Shown here piece by piece: positions 1-10,305 of a stretch of DNA of 64,000 nt. Both the position numbers and the translations under genes were made by a program. Source of the stretch: Dehalococcoidia bacterium (GTDB lineage: Bacteria; Chloroflexota; Dehalococcoidia; UBA2979); NCBI GenBank assembly GCA_965219085.1, contig OZ244720.1, positions 3,232,001-3,296,000 of the forward strand. The letters run 5' to 3'. The notes beneath the pieces were generated by a model, which was given only the letters and a program-made list of their open reading frames with translations, did no database searches and was not told the DNA's origin. The number at the start of each line of letters is the position of its first letter. The stretch's first letter is position 1.

Positions 1-47
1 GAAACCGCCATCGGGGCGCGCCCGCGGCTCGCCGGCGCCGCTCGGAC

Positions 48-1142
48 CTAGTCCATCACGAGGATCGAACGCCCCGAGATCTGGCCCGCCTCGAGCGCGT
101 CGGTCGCGTCGTTGATGGCGTCGAGCGGGTACCGCGCGGTCACGAGCGCATCAAGGTCGAGCTCGCCCTCGTTGAACCAGCGCATGAACATCGGGAAGTC
201 GCTGTCGGGACTGCACGAGCCGCCGATGCTGCCGATGTACTTCTTCTCCGTGACCAGCAAGTCGCGCGCGTCGAGTTCGACGGGTGTCTGGGGGACGCCG
301 ACCAGCACCGCGGTGCCGCCGGTGCTGTGGCCGAGCACGCCGCCGCGCACCGCCGGCAGGATCTGCTCCATCGTCACGCGCAGGCCGATGCAGTCGAAGG
401 CGTAGTCGGCGCCGGAGACCGGCGTGCCGTCGCGCTTCAGCTCACCCTCGCGCTGGGTCAGCTCGTGGATGCGGGCGACGGGGTCGACCTCGGAGGCGTT
501 GACGCCGATGGTCGCGCCGAAGCGCTTCGCGAAGTCCAGCTTCTCCTCGCTCAGATCGACGGCGATGATCGGGTCTGCTCCGATGACGGCCGCCGCCGTG
601 ATCGCCGAGAGCCCGACACCGCCGACGCCGAACACCGCGACGCTCTCGCCGCGCTGCACGCCCGCCGTGTGGTACACGGCCCCGGCGCCGGTCATGACGG
701 CGCATCCGATGATCGATGTGACATCGACGGGCGCGTCGTCCGGCATGGGGACGACGTACTGCTCGTCCGCGATGGTGTGGTCGGCCCACGTGAAGCAGCC
801 GGGCGTCGTGGCGACGCTCCCGTCGGCGAGCGTCAGGCTCACGCCCTCGACGATGCGGGTCGCCTCGCGGTCGCGGGGCACCCACGTCACCATCACGCGG
901 TCGCCCTCCTTGACGTGGTCCACCTCGGACCCGGCGGCGAGCACCACCCCGGTCGACTCGTGGCCGAGGAGCGCCTGCGACGGACGCGGGCCGCGCATCT
1001 GGTGGAGCTGGGAGTGGCAGACGCCGCTCGCGAACTGCTTGACGACGACCTGGTACGGCCCGGGATCGGGCAGCTCGACATCCTCGATGCGCAGGCGGCC
1101 GGGACCCTCGGGGACCACGACGACGCGGGCAGGTGTGGGCAT
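48..1142 (-). CDS. Zn-binding alcohol dehydrogenase (MDR family)
   Basis: GVCHS and LLGHE catalytic Zn motifs, GCAVMTGAGA, Rossmann GVGGVG; lacks the structural-Zn cysteine cluster. Confidence 0.9.
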   Translation of the reverse strand: MPTPARVVVVPEGPGRLRIEDVELPDPGPYQVVVKQFASGVCHSQLHQMRGPRPSQALLGHESTGVVLAAGSEVDHVKEGDRVMVTWVPRDREATRIVEGVSLTLADGSVATTPGCFTWADHTIADEQYVVPMPDDAPVDVTSIIGCAVMTGAGAVYHTAGVQRGESVAVFGVGGVGLSAITAAAVIGADPIIAVDLSEEKLDFAKRFGATIGVNASEVDPVARIHELTQREGELKRDGTPVSGADYAFDCIGLRVTMEQILPAVRGGVLGHSTGGTAVLVGVPQTPVELDARDLLVTEKKYIGSIGGSCSPDSDFPMFMRWFNEGELDLDALVTARYPLDAINDATDALEAGQISGRSILVMD

Positions 1143-1172
1143 GGGTACCTCCGTGTGCTCGCTGGTCGAACG

Positions 1173-2072
1173 CTAGTCGAAGTTGAAGACGGACAGCGCG
1201 TTCTCGCGCATATAGCGCCGCATGATGCCTTCGCGCAGCGGCAGCGCGAGGCCGTCGGCGACGGCGCGCTCGAACGTCAGGATCGCGTAGTCCGAGGCCC
1301 ACATCACGCGCTCGCGGCCGCGTGTGTTCATGTAGTGGACCACCTCGTCGGGGATGTAGCGCGGCGAGAAGCCCGAGGTCATCAGGTAGAAGTTCGCGTG
1401 CTTCTGTAGCAGCGCCACGGTCTCGACGTGCCACGGGTGCCCGATGTGCGTCGCGACGATGTTCAGCTCTGGGTAGGTGACGAGCACCTCGTCGAGGTCC
1501 ATCGGGCGCTGGAACTTCGCGAAGCGCAGCGGCCCGGGCACGCCGACGTTGATCACGATCGGCACGCCGAGCTCGATGCACTTCGTGTAGATCGGGTACA
1601 TCAGCGGGTGGTTGGGCGGGAGGTTCACGAGCGCGCCCATGAGGCGGATTGTGCGGAAGTCGAACTCGTTGACGGCCATCTCGACCATGCGCACGGCGTT
1701 CATGCCCTGCGTCGGGTCGATGTTGCAGCTGCCGCGGAAGCGGTCCGGGAACGCCGCGACGGCGTCCACGACACGCTGGCACGAGGCGCGGAAGTCGTCG
1801 ATCACCATCGCGTCGCCGTAGCCGCCGACGTGGGGGTTCGTGTAGTCGCCTCCGAGCGAGACGTTGAGCAGGCCCTTTTGCACGCCGGCGTCGTCCATAC
1901 GCTCGACGACGTGCGCGGGGCCGACGCCGCCCAGCAGGTCGGGCGACTTGCCGCCGAACCAGCGCTCGATGTTCGGGTCCATGTCCGTGCGGCGCTCGGT
2001 CGCGGGCAGGTTGATGTAGGTGTCGACGATCTCGCCGAGTGCGACCTCGCTGCTGGGGTTGTCGATGACCAT
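1173..2072 (-). CDS. Amidohydrolase_2 family protein
   Basis: YPIYTKCIELGVP, GVPGP, HIGHPW and WASDY motifs; paralog of 24892..25794. Confidence 0.85.
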   Translation of the reverse strand: MVIDNPSSEVALGEIVDTYINLPATERRTDMDPNIERWFGGKSPDLLGGVGPAHVVERMDDAGVQKGLLNVSLGGDYTNPHVGGYGDAMVIDDFRASCQRVVDAVAAFPDRFRGSCNIDPTQGMNAVRMVEMAVNEFDFRTIRLMGALVNLPPNHPLMYPIYTKCIELGVPIVINVGVPGPLRFAKFQRPMDLDEVLVTYPELNIVATHIGHPWHVETVALLQKHANFYLMTSGFSPRYIPDEVVHYMNTRGRERVMWASDYAILTFERAVADGLALPLREGIMRRYMRENALSVFNFD

Positions 2073-2094
2073 CTCGGTGCTCCTTACGCTGTAG

Positions 2095-3336
2095 CTACGC
2101 GGTTGCCGCTGCCGGGATGCGGGGCGGCTCGAGGAAGCGCGAGCTGATCGGCGCGTCGGCCTCGAACGGGCCTGCGAGACCCAGCTCGTCGCTGATCTCG
2201 CGCAGCGCGGGCAGCACTTCGTTGCCGAGCAACTCGATGCAGCGCTTGGCGTCCGGGTGGCTCACGTGCCCGTCGTTGCCCCACAGCGCCATGATGCCGG
2301 GTCGCGTCTCCTCGATGAGCACGCGCATCTGCTCGACCACCTGGTCGGGCGTGCCCGCAACGATCTGCAGGTTCTCGAGCTGGTGCTCGAACGGCATCGC
2401 GCGGCGCGTGGATGCGATCGGCGAGTTGGCGCGCTTCACGGCCCCCTCGCGGTTCGTCGGCGAGCTGTACCCGGTGGGGGCCGACCACACGGCGTGGCCG
2501 AGGCCGGTGAACTCACCCTGCATCCACATGTACTGCCGCGCGTTCTCCAGCGCATGCTCCTCGGTGTCCTGCACGTGGACGCGGATCAGGTAGCCGCGGT
2601 GCTCGGGGCCGGACGTGTAGCCGGTCTCCTGCGCGGTGTCCTCGTAGAGCTGCCAGATCTGCTTCGTCTGCTCGATGGTGGTGTTGAGGCAGATGTACGG
2701 GTAACGGTTCTCCGCGCACCACACGATCGTCTCCGGGCTGGCGACGCCCGGCACCCAGATGCGCGGGTGCGGCTTCTGTAGCGGCAGCGCCCACGGGTTC
2801 ACGACGCGCAACTGGTAGTGGTCGCCCTCCCAGCGCCACGGACCGGGCTCCGTCCACGTCTTCACCAGCAACTCGTGCGCCTCGTAGAAGCGGTCACGGT
2901 TGAACGCCGGGTTGACGTTGTTCGCGAACTGCTCGGTGCCCGCACCGCGCACGATGCCGGCGACGAGCCGGCCCTGGGAAATCATGTCGATCATCGAGAG
3001 CGACTCGGAGATGGCGACCGGGTTCTCGATGGTCGGCAGCGGCGTGCCGAGCAGCACGATCTTGATGCGCTCGGTGGCGGCGGCGAGGATGCTGGCCCAC
3101 ACGGTGATCTGCGCCTGCATGCAGAACGGCGCGTTGTGGTGCTCGTTAAGCATGATGCCGTCGAAGCCCACCTCCTCGGCGAGCTGGTACTCGACGAGGC
3201 GATCGTTGTAGAGCTGGCTCCCGGCGACGGGGTCGAAGTTGCTGTTCGAGAACATGAGCGCCGTAACGCCCTCGTCGTCCACGGCGTCCTCGGGGTAGGC
3301 GGACATCGGCTGCTCGGTGAAGTACATCAGATGCAC
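2095..3336 (-). CDS. LLM-class (luciferase-like) flavin-dependent monooxygenase
   Basis: GFDGIMLNEHH, MIDMISQGRLVAG and PLQKPHPRIW motifs; GTG start at 3336 after a GAGGAG RBS. Confidence 0.9.
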   Translation of the reverse strand: MHLMYFTEQPMSAYPEDAVDDEGVTALMFSNSNFDPVAGSQLYNDRLVEYQLAEEVGFDGIMLNEHHNAPFCMQAQITVWASILAAATERIKIVLLGTPLPTIENPVAISESLSMIDMISQGRLVAGIVRGAGTEQFANNVNPAFNRDRFYEAHELLVKTWTEPGPWRWEGDHYQLRVVNPWALPLQKPHPRIWVPGVASPETIVWCAENRYPYICLNTTIEQTKQIWQLYEDTAQETGYTSGPEHRGYLIRVHVQDTEEHALENARQYMWMQGEFTGLGHAVWSAPTGYSSPTNREGAVKRANSPIASTRRAMPFEHQLENLQIVAGTPDQVVEQMRVLIEETRPGIMALWGNDGHVSHPDAKRCIELLGNEVLPALREISDELGLAGPFEADAPISSRFLEPPRIPAAATA

Positions 3337-3420
3337 GGTTGGTCTCCTCGATACTCCTGGGGGCCGAAGCGCAGCATAGCGGGAATGCGACCGGTGCCGC
3401 ATGGCCCCGGGCGTGCGCAG

Positions 3421-5772
3421 TCAGTCGAGCTCGATGAAGCCGATGATGCGCGGCCAGCGCCCCTCCCCGACGACCTCACCGTCGAGGAGGATGCGGCAGG
3501 GGTGCGCGGGGTGCGCGGGACATTCGGTAGTCGCGCGCGAGGGCGGGTAGAAGCGGGCAAGGTAGTCCTCGCTGTCCATGACGTCGATCTCGCCGGTTGT
3601 GACGTCGAGGACGGAGACCGCGGCGCGACCACGGGCTTGGGGACTGAGCCTTTGGTCCGGGAAGATGAAATCGCTCGACCATGCGAACTGATCCGCGGTA
3701 GCCCACTCCCAGTGATAGTAGTTCAAGAGATGGGTAGTCTCCGCGGTCCAGAGGACGCGATCGGTCTCGAAGTCGATGATGTCGAAGCTGGACCAGGAGG
3801 CCCCGAAGTAGTTCCCGCTGCCGCGCACCATGTAGCGCGCGTCCGGGGAAAGACAGGCGGGGCGGTCACAGGGAAGCGAACGCGCGGCGCCACCGAGCGT
3901 AACCAGGACGTGCGACGCAGCCGGTTCGTGGTACTCGTCGCTCCAGTCGAGCATTCGCACCACGACACGGCGCGAGTCAGATGTCCACGCCTCGCCAACG
4001 GGCAGGCTCACGCTCCAATTCGGGTCCACATCCAGCCCCGCCGCGGCAGCAATCTCGTCGGTGGTGAGGAGCAGGATTCGGCCGCCGGCGGGGATGTCGA
4101 GGACGACGATATGGCTGGGGACATACGCCGTGCCGTCGTGGCCTCCGTAGAAGGTCGCCGCCAGTTTGCGGCCGTCGGGCGAGACCTGGAACGCTTCCGG
4201 CGCGCGCTCGTACAGCGTGCGGGTTTGCCCGTCGGGCGCGATGTACGTGAGCTCCTGGCCGATCTCCACGACGAAGCCACCGCGCGCGGGCTGCGCGGCG
4301 CCCGGCGCGTACCCATACACGAGCCGGTTCCGGTACGTGAAGGCGAGCCAGCTCCGGCCGGTACCTTCGTCGTGAACGATCATGCGCCGCGTGGCGCGAG
4401 GGTCGGGCCGCACCTCGCCCCGTTGGTACTCGTACTCGCCGTGGACCTCGTACGCGAGCAGCGGCCCGACCATTTCGTCGCGCGCGGGCGGAGGTGGCGA
4501 CGCGATCTCACGCACTGCCGGAACCGGCGAGATGCCACGGAGTTCGAGGCTGCCGGGAACCTCGATCATGCCGAGGTAGTGCGTCCATCCGCGCGCACCT
4601 TCCCAGACGACGCGCTCCTCGTGCTGGATGTGGCACGCGGACGAGCGATAGGAGTAGCTCAAGCCGCAGGTGCTTCTCACCGGGCCTTCGATTTGACGCT
4701 CGAGGTCAGGCGTCACGGGCACGATCTCCCCCGTCGCGGTGTCGAGGAGCCGTGTGGAGTTGTAGTCGAGCGTCACGTACGGCCCGAACCAGGGCCCGTA
4801 GTTCGCGGAGGATTGGAGGCCGCCTTCTTCGGCGATCGTCCAGACAACGTAGCCTGTCTCCACATCGAGCACCGTCAGGCTGTCCCAATAAGGTTGGTGA
4901 TTCTTGGGCCGCCCGGCGATCGACTCTCCGACCTGGATCGCGTAACGGAGGTCCGGAGAGACCCGGACGTCCTCGGGCAGTACTCGCACCCGGCCATCGA
5001 GCGTCAACACGGCAGTGTGAGCCCGGGGGCCCGAGTAGTCACCGGCGGTGACGCTGACCGCCTTGCTGTCGTCACGCCAGTCACCCAGGTCGAGCACCCC
5101 GTGGCGACCGCCGCCCTGTAGCGTTCCGAGGTCCGGATCGTCACTCGCCACGCGCAGCACTTCCGCGCCGTCGCGGGCGTCGAGGACGAGCAGCGTGCCG
5201 GGCTCGCCATGCATGACCGCAGCCTTCGCGCCGTCGGGTGAGACGCTGATCGCGCGGATCGCGTCGTCCTCGAACAGCACTGCCTGCGTCGCGCCGTCCA
5301 GGCCCATCCGGCGCACCTGGTCCCCGCTCCAGACGATGATGCCCGTCCCCGCGGGCTGCACCGCCGACCGACTCGCCTGGCCCGCGCGGCCGATGAGCGT
5401 GCGCGGGTTCTCGTAGTCGAACGCAGCCCAGTACCGATCCTCGGCGAGGTCATGGATGAACACTCGCCGGATCTCGATCTCGTTGCCATCCCCCGTCGGC
5501 GTGTCGCCGACGCGCTCGGAGAGGACGAGCAGGGGCCCCTGCACGGTCACGGCGGGGGGTTCCGGCGTCTGGGCGGCGGTCGGCGTCTGGGCGGCGGTCG
5601 GCGTCGGGGCGGGCGAAGCCGTGACGGCGGCGGGCGCAGCGGTTGAGGTCGGCGAGGCCGTCCCCTGCGAGCGCGTCGCGTCCCCGGCCTCCGGTGCTGG
5701 CTCGCCGCCCCCAAGGCACGAAGAGGCCAGCAGCGCGAGTAGCACGAGGACCGCCGAGGCCCCACGCGTCAT
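3421..5772 (-). CDS. Exported lipoprotein with two tandem beta-propeller-like modules
   Basis: Lipobox LLASSC, P/T/A-rich linker, repeated SPDG and SPD motifs, internal duplication; ATG at 5772. Confidence 0.7.
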   Translation of the reverse strand: MTRGASAVLVLLALLASSCLGGGEPAPEAGDATRSQGTASPTSTAAPAAVTASPAPTPTAAQTPTAAQTPEPPAVTVQGPLLVLSERVGDTPTGDGNEIEIRRVFIHDLAEDRYWAAFDYENPRTLIGRAGQASRSAVQPAGTGIIVWSGDQVRRMGLDGATQAVLFEDDAIRAISVSPDGAKAAVMHGEPGTLLVLDARDGAEVLRVASDDPDLGTLQGGGRHGVLDLGDWRDDSKAVSVTAGDYSGPRAHTAVLTLDGRVRVLPEDVRVSPDLRYAIQVGESIAGRPKNHQPYWDSLTVLDVETGYVVWTIAEEGGLQSSANYGPWFGPYVTLDYNSTRLLDTATGEIVPVTPDLERQIEGPVRSTCGLSYSYRSSACHIQHEERVVWEGARGWTHYLGMIEVPGSLELRGISPVPAVREIASPPPPARDEMVGPLLAYEVHGEYEYQRGEVRPDPRATRRMIVHDEGTGRSWLAFTYRNRLVYGYAPGAAQPARGGFVVEIGQELTYIAPDGQTRTLYERAPEAFQVSPDGRKLAATFYGGHDGTAYVPSHIVVLDIPAGGRILLLTTDEIAAAAGLDVDPNWSVSLPVGEAWTSDSRRVVVRMLDWSDEYHEPAASHVLVTLGGAARSLPCDRPACLSPDARYMVRGSGNYFGASWSSFDIIDFETDRVLWTAETTHLLNYYHWEWATADQFAWSSDFIFPDQRLSPQARGRAAVSVLDVTTGEIDVMDSEDYLARFYPPSRATTECPAHPAHPCRILLDGEVVGEGRWPRIIGFIELD

Positions 5773-5810
5773 GCGACCTCGGTGCTGCTCGGCGCCGCCA
5801 GCCAGGTGCA

Positions 5811-6632
5811 CTAGTGCTGGACCATCATCCCGCCGTCGACGTTGATCGCCTGGCCGCTCACCCACGAGCCCTGGTCGCTGCAGAGGTACAGCGTCATGTT
5901 CGGGATGTCCTCGCCCATGCTCGGGCGGCGCAGTGGGACGCGCTCGATCATCTGCGCCCACTCCTCGCTGTCGCGCGGGATGTCGTCGAGGCGGTTGTTG
6001 TCGATCATCCCCGGGCAGATCGTGTTGACGCGGATGCCGTACATCCCGACCTCCTGCGCCATCCCCGCCGACAGCGCCTGGATCGCCGCCTTGCTCGAGG
6101 CGTACGCCGTCGCGTTCGGCGGGAGCAGCTTCCCGGCGACCGAGGAGATGTTGACGATCGAGCCGCCCTCGCCCTGGTCGATCAGGTGCTGGCCGAAACG
6201 CTTGCTCATCAGGAACGTGCCGCGCACGTTCACGCGGAGCACAAGGTCCCACCAGTCGATCGGCATGTCGACGACCGGCACGCGGTCGGCGCCGCGGGCC
6301 GCCGCGGCGTTGTTGATGACGAAGTCGACGCGTCCGAATGTATCGAGGGTCTGGGCGAGCAGCGCCTGCACCGCCTCGTCGTCGGCGACGTCGCTGACCA
6401 CGGGCAGCGCGCGGCTGCCTGCCGCCTCGATCTCCTCGGCGACCGAGTCGATGTCGCGCCAGCCGGCGGCCCGCTCGTCCTCGGGATAGCGGTCGGGGGA
6501 CCGCCCCGTGCCGGTGATCACGACGTTCGCGCCGGCCGCGCCGAACGCCTTGGCGATCTCGCGCCCGATGGCGCGCATGCGGCCCGCGCCCGTGACCACC
6601 GCGACCTTGCCCTCGATGCCCGTGAGTTCCAT
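5811..6632 (-). CDS. Short-chain dehydrogenase/reductase (SDR)
   Basis: VTGAGR..IG, INNAA, NISS and YASSK (YxxxK) motifs. Confidence 0.92.
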   Translation of the reverse strand: MELTGIEGKVAVVTGAGRMRAIGREIAKAFGAAGANVVITGTGRSPDRYPEDERAAGWRDIDSVAEEIEAAGSRALPVVSDVADDEAVQALLAQTLDTFGRVDFVINNAAAARGADRVPVVDMPIDWWDLVLRVNVRGTFLMSKRFGQHLIDQGEGGSIVNISSVAGKLLPPNATAYASSKAAIQALSAGMAQEVGMYGIRVNTICPGMIDNNRLDDIPRDSEEWAQMIERVPLRRPSMGEDIPNMTLYLCSDQGSWVSGQAINVDGGMMVQH

Positions 6633-6689
6633 GGCTCGCTCACCTCCCGCGCGCAGGGTACGCGAACGCGGCGCGGGGGAGCGTTCCGG

Positions 6690-7109
6690 CTAGCCGGACG
6701 CGGCCGCCCCCTCGAACGGGTCCAGCACCGGGACGCCGAGTTGCTCGAAGTCGCGAACGTCCCGGGTCACGACGGTCAGCCGATTCACGATGGCGACCGC
6801 GGCGATCATGGCGTCGTAGATGAGGGTGTCGGATTGGCGTTGCATCAGTCGTGCCCACTCGCGGAACGCGGCAGCGTCCACGTCGAGGACGTCGAAGGCG
6901 AGAAGCACGCGTTCAAGCCATGCATCGAGTTCTTCAGCCTTGCCCAGATCTTGCCTGCGTGTCATCTCGATGCCGACCTGTATCTCACCGATGGTGACGG
7001 CTGACAGGTGCAGCCGGCCCTGGGACACACTCCGCACCCAGCCAAGAACAGATGGATGTGGGCGGGGCCGCCGCAATTCGGAGAGCACGTTGGTGTCGAG
7101 CAGATACAT
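6690..7109 (-). CDS. vapC: VapC/PIN-domain toxin
   Basis: YLLDTNVLSE, YDAMIAA and VVTRD PIN motifs; lies directly downstream of an antitoxin. Confidence 0.9.
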   Translation of the reverse strand: MYLLDTNVLSELRRPRPHPSVLGWVRSVSQGRLHLSAVTIGEIQVGIEMTRRQDLGKAEELDAWLERVLLAFDVLDVDAAAFREWARLMQRQSDTLIYDAMIAAVAIVNRLTVVTRDVRDFEQLGVPVLDPFEGAAASG

Positions 7110-7115
7110 GCCCGG

Positions 7116-7376
7116 CTAGTCGAATGTGGGCGGAGGGCGCATCCGAGGCGTACGGCGCGGCGGGACCAGCGTCTCGGTCCGCGCCCGCGGGTCGAGGAGC
7201 ACGTCCTTGATACTTGGCCTCGCGAAGCGCTCCATGCGGCGCCACTGCTCGATGGGGACCACCACGGCGGTCTCGACGCCCCGCCTCGTGACGATCTGCG
7301 GCCCCTCGGCGAGGGTTGCCTCGATGAGTTCGCTGAATCGAGCCTTGGCTTCCTGCACTTGCCACGTACCGCTCAT
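7116..7376 (-). CDS. Phd/YefM family antitoxin
   Basis: WQVQEAKARFSELIE...GPQIVTRRG signature; ATG at 7376. Confidence 0.9.
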   Translation of the reverse strand: MSGTWQVQEAKARFSELIEATLAEGPQIVTRRGVETAVVVPIEQWRRMERFARPSIKDVLLDPRARTETLVPPRRTPRMRPPPTFD

Positions 7377-7408
7377 GCACAACCTCCACCCCGTCACGGC
7401 TGACGCGC

Positions 7409-7429
7409 ACTAGTCGCCAGACTAGTCTG
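7409..7429. promoter_or_regulatory. Probable TA autoregulatory operator
   Basis: ACTAGT followed by the perfect palindrome CAGACTAGTCTG (7418-7429), about 30-50 bp upstream of the antitoxin. Confidence 0.5.
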
Positions 7430-7488
7430 TTCCAGCCGGCATGTCCATGCGGGCGAAGTCCCGATCGGCGCAGGCGGCGGGATCGGAG

Positions 7489-9126
7489 CTACGCCACCGG
7501 CTGCGCACGCTCGTCGACGTGGGATCCGTCGGGACCGAGGGTGACGACGCCGACCATGCCGCCGTGGGTGAGCGTGGGCAGCCCGCCGTGCGTGAGCGAG
7601 GCGCCGTTCGATGCGGGCGCCGGTACTGCAACAGCCTCGGGCTCTTCGTCGCCCTCGCCGCGCATCTGTCGATCGGCCTCTTCGCGCGTCATGCGGCCCT
7701 CGGCGACGGCCGTGGCGGCCTGCGCCGGGGACAGCTTCGCGGCGCGGCCTGGCGTGACGCGGAGATCGCGGATCTGCTTGCTGAAGATGAAGAACGCCAG
7801 CAGCGTCAGGATCATGAGAGCCGATGCGCCCGCCACCGACGCCGGCGCGCCGATGATGTCGGCGAGGATCGTCATCGGCAGGACGCCGAGCGGCATCATC
7901 CCGAACGACATCATCAGCATCGACAGCACCCGGCCGCGGTAGCGCTCGGGTACGCGCGCCTGGATGACCGAGTTGTTCGTCGTCATGAACAGCATGCCGC
8001 CGACGTTGCCGAGTGCGAAGAAGGCGGCGGCGATGGCGAAGGTCGGCGTGAGCGCGAACGCGATGAAGAACAGGCCCTGGATCACCGCGCCCGCGAGCAT
8101 GATGCGGCCCTTGAGGGGCATCGTGTCCATGGTCGTCGAAAGCAGTGCGCCGATCAGCCCGCCCACTCCGGCCGAGGCCATGAGAATGCCGAGCGCCGAC
8201 GGTCCCATCTCGAACACTTCCTCGGCGAAGACCGGCAGCATCAGTTGGACCGGGAAGGCGAAGAGCGGCATGACCAGCCCGGTGAGGATCAACAGCCGGA
8301 TCAGCGGGTTGGTCATCGAGTAGCGGAAGCCCTCGGCCATCTCGGACATGAACTTGCCGTGGTCGGTCTTCGAGACCATGCCGTGACGCGGCAGCAGCAG
8401 CGTGGTGCCGATGGCGACGACGTACAGCAGGACGGAGAAGGTCCACACCGGGCCGATGCCGAGCGGGATGAGCAGCACGCCGGCGATCGCGGGACCGATG
8501 ATGCGCGTGACGTTCATCCCACCCATCTGCAGCGAGACGGCGTTCATCATCTTGTGCTGCGGGATGAGCTGCGGCACGAGCGCGTTCCTCGCGGGCATCG
8601 CGAGCGCGATCGTGAGTCCGAGGAACACCGAGCCGGCGAGCAGGTGCCAGAACTCGATCATGTCGGCGAAGATCAGCACCGCCAGCACCATGTTCGCCAC
8701 CGCGACGATCGACTGCGTTAAGATCAGCAGCGTGCGCTTGTTGTAGCGGTCCGCGATCACCCCGCCGAACGGCGAGACGAAGAGCATCGGCAGCGCGATG
8801 CCGAGCGCGACGAGCCCGAGCGCGGAGGCAGCATTGGTCAGCTCGAACGCGAGGTACCCGCGCAGGAGCTGGTTCATCTGCATAGCCATGAAGAAGGCGA
8901 GGTTGCCGCCGAAGTAGATGGCGTAGTCGCGCTCGCTGAGCGCGGTGAAGGTGCGGCCCCACTCGCTGAAGCTGCGCGGCGCCTTCGCGCTCGCGCGCGC
9001 CTCCATCATGCTCATCGGGCGGGCTTCCGGCCCGCCGTTCGAGGTGTGCGCGCCGTTCGAGCCGTTCTGGCCGCTTGAGCCGTTCAGGCTATTCGAGCCG
9101 TGTGAGCCGTTGGCTCCGTTGGTCAT
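7489..9126 (-). CDS. MFS transporter
   Basis: GGVIADRYNKR motif A, about 12 hydrophobic segments, VPERYRGRV; low-complexity N/G/S N-terminus. Confidence 0.9.
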   Translation of the reverse strand: MTNGANGSHGSNSLNGSSGQNGSNGAHTSNGGPEARPMSMMEARASAKAPRSFSEWGRTFTALSERDYAIYFGGNLAFFMAMQMNQLLRGYLAFELTNAASALGLVALGIALPMLFVSPFGGVIADRYNKRTLLILTQSIVAVANMVLAVLIFADMIEFWHLLAGSVFLGLTIALAMPARNALVPQLIPQHKMMNAVSLQMGGMNVTRIIGPAIAGVLLIPLGIGPVWTFSVLLYVVAIGTTLLLPRHGMVSKTDHGKFMSEMAEGFRYSMTNPLIRLLILTGLVMPLFAFPVQLMLPVFAEEVFEMGPSALGILMASAGVGGLIGALLSTTMDTMPLKGRIMLAGAVIQGLFFIAFALTPTFAIAAAFFALGNVGGMLFMTTNNSVIQARVPERYRGRVLSMLMMSFGMMPLGVLPMTILADIIGAPASVAGASALMILTLLAFFIFSKQIRDLRVTPGRAAKLSPAQAATAVAEGRMTREEADRQMRGEGDEEPEAVAVPAPASNGASLTHGGLPTLTHGGMVGVVTLGPDGSHVDERAQPVA

Positions 9127-9358
9127 GCAACTCCAGTCGGTACGCGCCAGTCCGCGGTGGTGGGCGGGGCGGGCTCGGGCGAGACGAGCCGCATGCCGGG
9201 GCGCGTTACGTTCGGTGAGTGTTCCACCTTACGTGAGGTTTCACGTTGTTGCCAGCCCTTCGGACGCACCGACTACCCACGCGCGTCGAGTGCGGCCGCG
9301 AGGTCGCGCTCGACGTGTCCAGTGTTCGATGCCGCAGGCCCTGCCTGCGTTCGTTTGC

Positions 9359-10303
9359 CTACTCCGAGGCGATCTCCCCCAGCAGCTCCAGCGTGCGCTG
9401 ACGCGCTTCCGAGCCGCCCTCGGGCAGCTGCACGAGCGCTGCGAGCATCTCGTCGACGCCGTACTCGCCGATCGACCGCACGCGGTCGCCGACCTCGTTG
9501 GCGGAGCCCGAGATGATCAGGCCGTCCGCCATGCGGTCCGTGAACTCCCCGCCGGCCGCCTCCTCGTAGCCGGCCGCCTGTAGCATCCGCGAGTAAAACG
9601 GCATCCGCTGGTAGAAGCCGAACTGCTGCCTCGCGGCCGCGCGGACCGCGTCGCGGTCCTCGCTGACCACGATGGGCGTATGCACGATCATCGCCGGCTT
9701 CGGGCGGCCCGCGGCGTCGGCGCCCTCCTGCTGGGCGGGCGTGGCGATGTCGCGGATGTACGGCAGCGGGCACATCCAGGAGATGCCGCCCTCGGTCAGC
9801 TCGCCGCTGAGGCGGAACGAGCCGGTCCGCAGCGCCGAGATCATGACGCGCACCTGCGTTGGCTGGGCGATACGGGCGTGGGCGCTCAACTGCTCGCCGT
9901 CGAAGTCCACCGAGCCCTCGTTGAGCAGCGCATTGAGGACCGTCACGTACTCGCGGAGGTGGCTCAGCGGCTTGTTGAACGGCAGGCCCCACGTGCCCTC
10001 GATCGCCGGGCGGTGGCTCGGCCCGACGCCGAGCTTGAGCCGCCCGGGCGCGAGCTGGTCCACCGTCATCGCGCCCGCCGCCATCGTGATCGGGTGGCGC
10101 GGGAACGTCGGGACGATCGAGGTGCCGAACGTGATGCGCTCCGCGGTGTGCGCGGCCGAGGCGAACACGGCGAACGGATCGGGCGCGGCGCCGCCCACGG
10201 TCAGCCACGCCGTGTCGAGGCCGAGCCGGTCGGCCTCGACGATGCGCGCGATCAGCCCGGGCGCGTCGGCCGCGACGATGTGGACGCTGAGCGGGACGGT
10301 CAC
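9359..10303 (-). CDS. LLM-class flavin/F420-dependent oxidoreductase
   Basis: TERITFGTSIVPTFPRHP and GRLKLGVGPSH motifs; GTG start at 10303, right after the upstream stop. Confidence 0.88.
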   Translation of the reverse strand: MTVPLSVHIVAADAPGLIARIVEADRLGLDTAWLTVGGAAPDPFAVFASAAHTAERITFGTSIVPTFPRHPITMAAGAMTVDQLAPGRLKLGVGPSHRPAIEGTWGLPFNKPLSHLREYVTVLNALLNEGSVDFDGEQLSAHARIAQPTQVRVMISALRTGSFRLSGELTEGGISWMCPLPYIRDIATPAQQEGADAAGRPKPAMIVHTPIVVSEDRDAVRAAARQQFGFYQRMPFYSRMLQAAGYEEAAGGEFTDRMADGLIISGSANEVGDRVRSIGEYGVDEMLAALVQLPEGGSEARQRTLELLGEIASE

Positions 10304-10305
10304 CG

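Noticed and set aside
3421-6252. 943-aa ORF as listed, and other N-terminally extended ORFs (9359..10795, 20476..23100, 59669..61354)
   Set aside because: The extensions overlap real upstream genes in another frame; true starts were placed at downstream RBS or motif positions.
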